A stretch of DNA of 64,000 nucleotides from a virus, in the IMG/VR virus record IMGVR_UViG_3300017698_000036, positions 32,001-96,000 of that record, one strand, 5' to 3'. The notes beneath the pieces are model-generated. The model had not been told where the DNA came from and did not search any database. It worked only from the letters and a program-made list of their open reading frames with translations. Of the stretch, positions 50,815 to 58,836 are shown piece by piece. How positions within the stretch are numbered: the first letter of the stretch is position 1; each line of letters begins with the position of its first letter. The position numbers and the translations under genes were made by a program.

Positions 50815-51114
50815 ATGTTGTATGTTATTTTATTTGTTTTAGGTTTTATCATGGGGTACGGTGTTCGTTCTTTCTATGGAAAACAGACAGAGAAGGGCCC
50901 GTCTCACAAATGGGAATGTAAGGGCGCAATTAATATGTGTATACGGACATATAGTGGTGACACCCCCTTAGGAGAGTTTCGTTACCCCCTATATAGGGTC
51001 TGTAAGGTTTGTGGTCAGGTAGATAAAAACTGGAGAAATAGTGAGAATGACAAACATGAGACTTGGATATGCTCCGAGGTCGGTGATGGTAAGTGTGACA
51101 AGGATAAGGTGTAG
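50815..51114 (+). CDS. Small membrane-anchored Cys-containing protein
   Basis: ATG 50815 in frame with track ORF 50734; N-terminal TM; CKVC. Confidence 0.5.
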   Translation: MLYVILFVLGFIMGYGVRSFYGKQTEKGPSHKWECKGAINMCIRTYSGDTPLGEFRYPLYRVCKVCGQVDKNWRNSENDKHETWICSEVGDGKCDKDKV

Positions 51115-51116
51115 AT

Positions 51117-51701
51117 ATGCAGGTACACTCTGTTCAAAGTTCAGTTGTAGAGGACTTGGAGATCAACGTACGACTGTATATACTCTACCTGATAACTCAC
51201 TCGAATCGATTCATAATAGATCACCAGAAAGGTCATGTGGCTCCTTTTTTTAACCTTGTATATGATAATGTCAATAAGAGAAGTGTTAGAGAGAGTGTGT
51301 CAAAAAATATGATATTAAAGCTTGACGAAGCCCATGACTTTAATACTGGATATAATGATATTGTTAATGATATTATGAAAAACTATCGTGAATATGAAAA
51401 TGACTCTTATACCAGTCTTGATTATGAGTCCAAAATGGCCGGTATTTTTCATAAGTGTGGCACGTGTAAACATTGCCGACCTCATGATATCGTGCCAATG
51501 GCGGTGGAGTGTATGTTAAGACGTCAGTTTGATGGATCCATCGGCCAGCCACCACCAGATGTGTTTTTGTACGAGGCCTTTGGTGCACGGGGAACTTTAA
51601 GACCCCCCTACTGTGACTACGAGTTTTCAGACGATAGTGTTTTCAATAATATGTATAAGATGTACAATGAAGACATAAAACCCAAGTTTCAATTGTTTTA
51701 A
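51117..51701 (+). CDS. Hypothetical protein with CxxCxxC motif
   Basis: KCGTCKHC; tightly packed in the operon. Confidence 0.55.
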   Translation: MQVHSVQSSVVEDLEINVRLYILYLITHSNRFIIDHQKGHVAPFFNLVYDNVNKRSVRESVSKNMILKLDEAHDFNTGYNDIVNDIMKNYREYENDSYTSLDYESKMAGIFHKCGTCKHCRPHDIVPMAVECMLRRQFDGSIGQPPPDVFLYEAFGARGTLRPPYCDYEFSDDSVFNNMYKMYNEDIKPKFQLF

Positions 51702-51703
51702 GG

Positions 51704-52588
51704 ATGAGGTGTGATATGAATACCGTTATTAGTGTAGGTGAGACCAAACCATTTACAGACTATCTCAATAGTAGCCACAATGGTTTGTACGATTTAATTC
51801 ATATAGGGACCGAGGACTGTTTGTCGTATGGTTTTATAGATGTAGGTGGTATTGAGAAAAGTCATGAACGTTATGAGTCAGATTTTTTATCTACAGCAGG
51901 TGATTATTTGGATAAACTGTCTGGAGATAAGCTCACGTGTGTTGTAACATCTGAAAAACTGGCCGGTCTAGTTATGGTACTGTTGGACACTTTGAGGTCT
52001 AAGTTCAAAAATGTAACTGTGTATTTGGTCTTAAAGGAATCTCGTACGACAGATTACGAGGAGATATTGATAGAAAGACTCAATAAGGGAGTCTTATCTA
52101 ATGTCACAAAGGGAAAAAGACAGTTGGTCGATGAGTTGATGGTTATGTCCCTTGATAGAATGATAGGTGGATCATACTCATTCAGTAAACAGATAGAACA
52201 TTGTGCCAAAGACTTTCACACTATTAATGTATTCAGTCATCATAAACCAGAATACGTTAAGTCCAATATGATGAATTTAGATATGAAGTTGATTAAAAGG
52301 GCCAATGAATTGTCTAAGGTCTCGACAATATATGAGAATTCGTGTATAGGAGAAAAAAAGTTAGAAAATGCATTTTTTTCTCTTGACATGCCAACCAAGA
52401 TTTGCTATTATAGTAGTATAGGGTGTGAATCGGAATTAATCGATGAGGTTAATGAGATTGATAAACTGATGGACACTCTAGACAGTGATACATATTATGT
52501 TTTTGAGATATATAATCTTGGAAATAATACAAATATCTCTGTTATTTCTACTGATCAAGTTCTAGGAGATGATCCTAAGAAAGGTTAA
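51704..52588 (+). CDS. Hypothetical protein, possibly a degenerate tubulin/FtsZ-fold protein
   Basis: TVISVG first strand and alpha/beta pattern; no GGGTGSG motif; the likely start is the in-frame MNTVIS ATG. Confidence 0.3.
   Translation: MRCDMNTVISVGETKPFTDYLNSSHNGLYDLIHIGTEDCLSYGFIDVGGIEKSHERYESDFLSTAGDYLDKLSGDKLTCVVTSEKLAGLVMVLLDTLRSKFKNVTVYLVLKESRTTDYEEILIERLNKGVLSNVTKGKRQLVDELMVMSLDRMIGGSYSFSKQIEHCAKDFHTINVFSHHKPEYVKSNMMNLDMKLIKRANELSKVSTIYENSCIGEKKLENAFFSLDMPTKICYYSSIGCESELIDEVNEIDKLMDTLDSDTYYVFEIYNLGNNTNISVISTDQVLGDDPKKG
52383..52411 (+). promoter_or_regulatory. Internal sigma70-type promoter
   Basis: TTGACA, 17 nt, TATTAT with TGn extension. Confidence 0.55.
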
Positions 52589-52593
52589 CTACA

Positions 52594-52833
52594 ATGTCTA
52601 AATTCAATCATAAATCCGTAACCGATAGAGACTTCGAACCCAGAAAAGGTGAAGAGTTTGACCCTATGAATGCGATCGATCTTGCGATGGAATCTTATGA
52701 CGACCAGAGAGAGAGTGAAAACGCCTGTAGTGCCAAGAATCTCAACAGACATGCGAAAAAACTTCGTAACGTATTCACTGATGAGTATGGTATGATTTGT
52801 GATCCAACAGACGGAAAGTGGGTAGAATGTTAG
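52594..52833 (+). CDS. Small hypothetical protein
   Basis: 79 aa; AAGGT SD; downstream of the internal promoter. Confidence 0.55.
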   Translation: MSKFNHKSVTDRDFEPRKGEEFDPMNAIDLAMESYDDQRESENACSAKNLNRHAKKLRNVFTDEYGMICDPTDGKWVEC

Positions 52834-53240
52834 TAACAGCCAAACATATATTCGATGAACCCAAGATCTATCCATGGGATGTATTGGATTGGGCCGAGGA
52901 AGGACAGGTCGAATATGAAGTTGACTTGTATCTCAGAAATACCGATATAACCCACCTACCTGATAACATGACGGTCAATGGTTATTTAAATCTCTACAGT
53001 ACCAATATAACTCAACTACCTAAAGATCTACATGTTGGTGGCAACTTGTATCTCAATGATACCAACATAACTCAACTACCTAAAGATCTACATGTTGGAT
53101 ATCATTTAGTTCTCTACGGTACCAATATGGCTCAATTACCTGAAGGTCTGTATGTTGGTGGTAATTTACATCTTGGGCACGATGACAATATTAAGATTCC
53201 TGATTCTGTGGTCATAAAAGGTACAATTTGGCGTACTTGA
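52827..53240 (+). CDS. Leucine-rich-repeat-like protein (20-aa repeats)
   Basis: LxLxxTNITQLPxDLxVGGx repeated about 4 times; ATG 52827 overlaps the previous gene. Confidence 0.75.
   Translation: MLVTAKHIFDEPKIYPWDVLDWAEEGQVEYEVDLYLRNTDITHLPDNMTVNGYLNLYSTNITQLPKDLHVGGNLYLNDTNITQLPKDLHVGYHLVLYGTNMAQLPEGLYVGGNLHLGHDDNIKIPDSVVIKGTIWRT
53001..53158 (+). repeat. 60-bp-period coding repeats
   Basis: ACCAAyATAACTCAACTACCTAAAGATCTACATGTTGG at 53001 and 53061; diverged third copy at 53121. Confidence 0.85.
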
Positions 53241-53262
53241 AAAAATTAATTTAAAATAATCC

Positions 53263-53291
53263 TTGACAATAAGAAAAATATATGGTATAAC
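53263..53291 (+). promoter_or_regulatory. Strong sigma70 promoter for the SSB-recA block
   Basis: AT-rich UP region, TTGACA, 17 nt, TGnTATAAC. Confidence 0.85.
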
Positions 53292-53351
53292 TATAATAGA
53301 GGTAAAAACAGATTGTCTAACAATAAAGATAAAAAGGGAGAGCAAGAGGGG

Positions 53352-53483
53352 TTGAGTAATGTAAAATTCATTATTATAACGATTGTTTTCGTTATATTAG
53401 TGTTTTTATTGAATTATATTAATAAATTTAGTAACGAGGAATATGTGGTTAAACATGTTATTCCAGAAAGTGTAGGTAGATAA
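53352..53483 (+). CDS. Possible 43-aa membrane peptide (TTG start)
   Basis: Hand-translated LSNVKFIIITIVFVILVFLLNYINKFSNEEYVVKHVIPESVGR*; GAGGG upstream. Confidence 0.35.
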   Translation: MSNVKFIIITIVFVILVFLLNYINKFSNEEYVVKHVIPESVGR

Positions 53484-53502
53484 ACACATAAGGAGAAAAA
53501 AT

Positions 53503-54249
53503 ATGAAGATTGATATGGCTAAAATGAAGGCAGCTTTCAACAGACTTAATGGTAAAGGCGGATCTGGTGTTTGGTATAAGGCAACCGATGGAGATCAAAT
53601 TAGAATCTTACCAACCGATGATGGAGTACCCCTCAAAGAGTATTTCTTTCACTACAATGTTGGTGATAAGGGGTTTCTGTGTCCCAAGAGAAATTATCAT
53701 CAGGACTGTCCTGTGTGCGATTTCGTAAGTGAGTTATTCAATTCCGGTGAAGAGGACGAGAAGGAATTTGCAAAAAATATCATGGCCAAGCCCAGATATC
53801 ACAGTATCGTCGCCGTTAGAGGTAAGGAGGGTGACGGTCCCAAGATCTGGGCCTACTCTCCAACAGTATTCAAGTCCATCTTTGGTCTTATGTTGGATGA
53901 AGAGGATTTCGGGGATATAACAGCCGTAGAGTCCGGTAACGATCTTAAGGTTTCTGTTGGTAAACAAAAAGGTCAGAAATATGCAATGGCCACAGTAAGT
54001 CCTAAGCCTACTAAAACCCCATTATCTAAATCAACCAGTGGAAGCCTGAAGGATGACGTAATTGATGTCCTTCTACGGGAGCAACCAGTCGTTCTAGACT
54101 ATTTAGATAAACTTACTTCTGAAGAGGTAGGACTTAGACTCAAACAGTTGGTAGGTAAGGAAAAAGAGACTCAGGTTGAGGTTAATACCGCCAAATCTGG
54201 ATCCATTGATGAGAAGAAGAAAGAGATCGACGAGTTTCTAAATCAATAG
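53503..54249 (+). CDS. Single-stranded DNA-binding protein (gp32-like)
   Basis: IRILP, FHYNVG...CP...CPVC, KIWAYS..VF and DFGDIT...GNDL motifs. Confidence 0.85.
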   Translation: MKIDMAKMKAAFNRLNGKGGSGVWYKATDGDQIRILPTDDGVPLKEYFFHYNVGDKGFLCPKRNYHQDCPVCDFVSELFNSGEEDEKEFAKNIMAKPRYHSIVAVRGKEGDGPKIWAYSPTVFKSIFGLMLDEEDFGDITAVESGNDLKVSVGKQKGQKYAMATVSPKPTKTPLSKSTSGSLKDDVIDVLLREQPVVLDYLDKLTSEEVGLRLKQLVGKEKETQVEVNTAKSGSIDEKKKEIDEFLNQ

Positions 54250-54327
54250 TAGGATAATCGTTTCTTATATATTAACTTAGCTTAACATTTTTTTATTTCA
54301 ATATACAATTAGGAGAAAAGAGGGACG

Positions 54328-55497
54328 ATGGCTAGAAAGACTAAAACTAGTAGTAAGAATACGTCCGGTATGAGTTTTAGAGAGAAGTACGCAAAGAAAC
54401 ATGGTGCCCTCTCTACGTCTGAAAACAGTGCGGTTGATATGTGGATTCCAACTGGTTCAAGATGGTTGGATTCCATTATTAACGCAGGATCAATGGCCGG
54501 CATTCCCACAGGTAAGATTACCGAGCTGGCAGGGGAGGAGTCAACCGGTAAGTCGTATTTGGGTATGCAGATTGCAAAAAACGCTTTAGATATGGGCCTG
54601 ATGGTAGTATATCTGGACTCTGAGTCTACATATGATGACACTTTCATGGAAAAGGTTGGGATAGACCCAGAGAATGAAAGGTTTATTCACGCACCAGCCG
54701 GAACAGTAGAGAACGTGTTTGAGGTTATAGACGATATGACTAAGGAGGCTATCGAGGCCGAGACCAGGGTTGTTGTTATATGGGACTCAGTGGCCAATAC
54801 ACCTTCAAAGGTAGAGATGGCAGGAGACTTCAACCCCAACTCATCCGTGGCCGTAACCCCTAGAATTATTTCATTGGGGTTCAAAAAACTAACTCAGACG
54901 ATGGGACAGACTAAGACCACGTTGATTTGTTTGAATCAACTTAAAACTAAAATTCATACCGGACCCAATGCACATATTGCGGCAATGTTGGATCCATGGA
55001 GTGCCCCAGGGGGGAAAGGTATACCTTATAACGCTTCGATGAGAATATGGCTAACCAAGAGAAAGTCCAAATCTTCATTTGTTTATGACGACAATGGATA
55101 CAGGATTGGATCCGAGGTTAAATGTACTATCAAGAAGTCACGGTTTGGTAGTGAGGGACGTGTTTGTACGTTTAAGATCCTTTGGGGAGGGGATGAGGTC
55201 CGTGTTGCCGATGAAGAGAGTTGGTTTGAGGCTCTTAAGACATCTGATAGTCTTTCGGTTGGTGCATGGTGTAATCTTCTCGACACTGACGGTAATGTCA
55301 TTGGAGGTCAGTTTAGATCGAAAGATTGGTTAAAGAAGCTTGAGGATCCTGCGTTTAGAGCACGCGTGGAAGAGTTGATGGACGAGGAGGTTATATACAA
55401 ATTCCACTCTAGGAAAGGTAAGGCTAGTGATTATTATACATTGGAAGATGATCGGGAGGGGGAACATCCTATTGAACCGACCATAGAAGAGGATTAA
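54328..55497 (+). CDS. recA: RecA/UvsX-like recombinase
   Basis: GIPTGKITELAGEESTGKS Walker A; VIWDSVA Walker B; PGGKGIPYNASMRIWL. Confidence 0.92.
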   Translation: MARKTKTSSKNTSGMSFREKYAKKHGALSTSENSAVDMWIPTGSRWLDSIINAGSMAGIPTGKITELAGEESTGKSYLGMQIAKNALDMGLMVVYLDSESTYDDTFMEKVGIDPENERFIHAPAGTVENVFEVIDDMTKEAIEAETRVVVIWDSVANTPSKVEMAGDFNPNSSVAVTPRIISLGFKKLTQTMGQTKTTLICLNQLKTKIHTGPNAHIAAMLDPWSAPGGKGIPYNASMRIWLTKRKSKSSFVYDDNGYRIGSEVKCTIKKSRFGSEGRVCTFKILWGGDEVRVADEESWFEALKTSDSLSVGAWCNLLDTDGNVIGGQFRSKDWLKKLEDPAFRARVEELMDEEVIYKFHSRKGKASDYYTLEDDREGEHPIEPTIEED

Positions 55498-55508
55498 TTT
55501 TTTAAACT

Positions 55509-55533
55509 AAGGGTCCGTAAGGGCCCTTCTTTA
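55509..55533 (+). terminator. Intrinsic terminator after recA
   Basis: AAGGGTCC-GTAA-GGGCCCTT hairpin (GNRA loop, one G-U pair) followed by CTTTA. Confidence 0.7.
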
Positions 55534-55534
55534 T

Positions 55535-56521
55535 ATGGAGAGTAGATATAGGATGAGAAAGTTATATATAGATGGAAATAACACTTTTATTCGTCATTAC
55601 ACAGTCAATCCTGGTTTGAATGTTGATGGGTACCCTGTAGGCGGTATATTCGGTTTTCTTAGAGACGTGGGGAACCTTATGCACCTTAGTAGTCCGGATG
55701 AGGTGGTGATAGTCTGGGATGGTGAGGGTGGATCGGTAAAGAAACGTAAGATAATGAAGGAGTATAAGGAGGGACGTAAAGCTGTTTCTGGACCTAAACT
55801 AAATCGGGAGTATGAACTAGATCCGGGTGATGAAAAGTTAAACAGGTTCTTTCAAATGGATAAGTTGAAAGAGTATTTGGATTACACACCTATTAAACAG
55901 GTGGAGTTGGATGGTATAGAGGCTGATGATATCTTGGCTTATTTAGTTCAAAGGGACGCACGTAAGGGTCATAAGTGTGTGATCGTAAGTATGGATAAGG
56001 ACTTCTTACAGTTGGTTGACAGTAATGTTGTCATTTATAGACCTGTGAAAAAGGATGTATATACCGTTGATAAATTAGTAGAAGACTACGGTATCAGACC
56101 CAGAAACTTCGCTCTATATCGTTCTATGTTGGGTAAGGGAGATAAGAGCGACAATATAAAAGGAATTCAGGGAGTGGGAGAAAAGACATTTCTTAAGTTC
56201 TTTCCTATGTTCTCGGAAGATCGTGATGTGAATATAAATGAGGTGGTTGATTTCTGTCGTACTAATAGAAAGAAGTCTGTAAAATACGAAAGATGTGTAC
56301 AGGGATCGAATATTATAACACGTAATTATAGATTATCACAACTTTATTCCCCAATGATAGGGTCTGATAAGGTTTTAGAGTTAGAGTCTCAACTAGATGA
56401 CAATGATGGTAATTTTCAACATCACAATCTTATAATGTTGTTTAGAAAGGACGGGTTTCCCTTTATTGATGGTTTAGATAAGGCTTTTAGATACTTGAAG
56501 GGAATCGCGAAGAATTATTGA
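55535..56521 (+). CDS. 5'-3' exonuclease / T4 RNase H-like flap endonuclease
   Basis: IDGNN, VWDG, YKEGR, IEADDILA, SMDKDFLQL and DKSDNIKGIQGVGEKT; the start may be the downstream MRKLY ATG. Confidence 0.9.
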   Translation: MESRYRMRKLYIDGNNTFIRHYTVNPGLNVDGYPVGGIFGFLRDVGNLMHLSSPDEVVIVWDGEGGSVKKRKIMKEYKEGRKAVSGPKLNREYELDPGDEKLNRFFQMDKLKEYLDYTPIKQVELDGIEADDILAYLVQRDARKGHKCVIVSMDKDFLQLVDSNVVIYRPVKKDVYTVDKLVEDYGIRPRNFALYRSMLGKGDKSDNIKGIQGVGEKTFLKFFPMFSEDRDVNINEVVDFCRTNRKKSVKYERCVQGSNIITRNYRLSQLYSPMIGSDKVLELESQLDDNDGNFQHHNLIMLFRKDGFPFIDGLDKAFRYLKGIAKNY

Positions 56522-56533
56522 TGGAGTAGTATT

Positions 56534-56758
56534 ATGGAGTCTAGATGTCCCTACTGTAGAGAGATATATTGGAAGATATTTGTACAACGACCCTTTAAGG
56601 TTATTATAGATGGAGTACTTGAGACTGTGAATTTTGACAATGTACCTTATTGTCGATTTTGTAAGAGAGATGTACTGGAGATTAAACATATCATAATGGT
56701 AGAGAACTATCTGGATAAGAAATATAACGGTAAGGCTATATGGAGGAGAGATGAGTAA
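56534..56758 (+). CDS. Small Zn-ribbon protein
   Basis: CPYC and CRFC; GGAG SD. Confidence 0.55.
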   Translation: MESRCPYCREIYWKIFVQRPFKVIIDGVLETVNFDNVPYCRFCKRDVLEIKHIIMVENYLDKKYNGKAIWRRDE

Positions 56759-58592
56759 CGCAAACGGTGGTATGGTAAACTTTGCCAATTTCGGTACTAA
56801 GTTTCAAAGAAAATTAGGACAGGTTATGTTTGAGGAACATCTCTTCGCAGATCAGATGTTTGAGGTACTGGAGAATGAGTTCTTTACCGTTGGTTACGTT
56901 AGAGAGTTTATTAGATCCATAAAGGACTACAAGGAGAAATATGGAGTATTTCCCTCGTATGATATAATGGATACCGTTATAACAACTCAGATGGATGATA
57001 TGTCTGACATTGTTAAAAAACAGGTAATGGAATATTTCACCGATATGAAGAGTTCTGTTGTACAGGATAAGGAGTTCATAAAGGGAAATAGTTTAGACTT
57101 CTGTAAAAGACAAGCCTTAAAAAGGGCCCTCCTAGAGGTGGTGGGTTCGGTTGAGTCTGGTTCGTATGAAGATGCAGCCCGTACAATTGAATCCGCCCTG
57201 GCCTTGGGATCGAACAGAGATATGGGTCATACCATTATTGATGACTTCGAGGCCAGATATATGTTACAGCCAAGAGTACCAATACCCACAGGACAGAAGG
57301 CCTTGGATGATCTTATCGGTGGTGGATTGGCTAAGAAGGAGTTCGGTATTTTCGTTGGTGGAACAGGATGCCACGCTAGGGGGGCGGAGATCATGTTGTA
57401 TAGTGGTGATACACTATTGGTGGAGGATGTTAGGGTCGGTGAACTCCTCATGGGCCCTGATGGAAGAAGTAGGGTGGTTACGAGATTGTATAGAGGTACC
57501 TCTGACATGTATAGAATTACACCTGATGTAGGTAAATCTTTTGTGGTCAACGGAGAACATATACTGTCCTTAAAACACTATAAGACTGGTAAGGTGGTGA
57601 ATTTAAGTGTCAATGCTTACCGTGATAGGAACGATGAGTTTAAGTCTATTTATAAATTGTACAAGGTTATAATTGATAGGGATTTGGGAGACGAATTTAT
57701 TGATCGTCAACCAAGTAAGGATTCTCTATTATCAGATTTCAGACTAAGCTCAGAGGGGAGGGATGACTTTTTTGGGTTTAATCTTTCTGGTGATCATCTA
57801 TATTTGATGTCTGATTTCACAGTCACACACAACTCAGGCAAGAGTATTCAAATGGTTAATTTCGCTACTGATGCTATTTTGAACGGATATAATGTAATTT
57901 ATTATACCTTAGAACTTCAAGACAGTGTGGTGGGTAAAAGGTTTGATAGTTGTATAACTGGATTCCCTATGAGTGAGTTAGACAGCAACAAGGAGTTTGT
58001 ATATCAGGGTTTATCGGACAAGGTAACCGGTAAATTGATAATCAAAGAGTATCCGCCTGGTTACTGTACTGTGGCTATGATGAAGAATCATATTGAGAAA
58101 ACGTCTAGAACCCTGTTCAAGCCGGATTTAATCATTGTGGATTATGCTGATATTATGAAGGTGGTGGTCAGTAAGGGAGATTCGCGATATGATGCATTGG
58201 GATCCCTATATACTGAATTGAGGGGAATCGCCTCTCATTACAATGTGGCTTTATGGACAGTATCTCAGGTTAACAGAACCGGGTACTCTTCTGAGTTAGT
58301 ATCGGTTGATAATTTAAGCGACGCGTTCAATAAGGCCTTCATTGCCGATTTAATTGTGACTCTACAGAGAAGCCCTGCACAAAAACAAAAGAATGAGGCG
58401 ACATTCTTCTTGGCTAAAAATCGTAATGGTCCTGACGGTATAATACTTAAGGGACGGGTTAATCCTGGATGTATGCAGGTTAATATTGATGGTGAGAAGT
58501 CGTTTGAGGAACATAGTACTGACCAGAAGGACCTACAGAAGGACCTTAAGGATAGGATATTCAATAAATTCTCCAATCTCAAGAATTCTTAA
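56751..58592 (+). CDS. dnaB: Replicative DnaB-like helicase (gp41-like) with intein
   Basis: Split Walker A GGTG|...|SGKS; YTLEL; IIVDYADIM; WTVSQVNR; KNRNGPDG. Confidence 0.92.
   Translation: MSNANGGMVNFANFGTKFQRKLGQVMFEEHLFADQMFEVLENEFFTVGYVREFIRSIKDYKEKYGVFPSYDIMDTVITTQMDDMSDIVKKQVMEYFTDMKSSVVQDKEFIKGNSLDFCKRQALKRALLEVVGSVESGSYEDAARTIESALALGSNRDMGHTIIDDFEARYMLQPRVPIPTGQKALDDLIGGGLAKKEFGIFVGGTGCHARGAEIMLYSGDTLLVEDVRVGELLMGPDGRSRVVTRLYRGTSDMYRITPDVGKSFVVNGEHILSLKHYKTGKVVNLSVNAYRDRNDEFKSIYKLYKVIIDRDLGDEFIDRQPSKDSLLSDFRLSSEGRDDFFGFNLSGDHLYLMSDFTVTHNSGKSIQMVNFATDAILNGYNVIYYTLELQDSVVGKRFDSCITGFPMSELDSNKEFVYQGLSDKVTGKLIIKEYPPGYCTVAMMKNHIEKTSRTLFKPDLIIVDYADIMKVVVSKGDSRYDALGSLYTELRGIASHYNVALWTVSQVNRTGYSSELVSVDNLSDAFNKAFIADLIVTLQRSPAQKQKNEATFFLAKNRNGPDGIILKGRVNPGCMQVNIDGEKSFEEHSTDQKDLQKDLKDRIFNKFSNLKNS
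57369..57833 (+). mobile_element. Mini-intein (155 aa, no endonuclease) in the helicase P-loop
   Basis: Starts CHARGAEI, ends FTVTHN, +1 Ser; block B VNGEHILSL. Confidence 0.92.
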
Positions 58593-58836
58593 GTCGATCT
58601 CCGTAGAGGTACCAAATTTACATTCTGACGTACTTTTACCATCATTGATGTAAAGACACTAGTCATAGAAATAAACGTCAAAATGACCACTAAAAATTAG
58701 TTTAAAGGGTGTATTGATATTAATTCGGATAAATGGTTTGGTTTCGGAAATTTACCAACATATGTCATAATTAATTGTTACGCGGAGGCCGAATTGTTAA
58801 CAGACTATAATAAGTTTTTATAAAATAGGAGATATA

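Noticed and set aside
52800-52833. DPTDGKWVEC at the end of ORF 52594 as a fifth copy of the DGKHSLFS tag
   Set aside because: Only DGK matches; the SLF core is absent
58720-58836. Possible cobalamin riboswitch or NrdR box upstream of nrdJ
   Set aside because: Only short pairings (AATTCGG/CCGAATT) are present; no B12-box or convincing NrdR palindrome; TATAAT at 58806 lacks a -35
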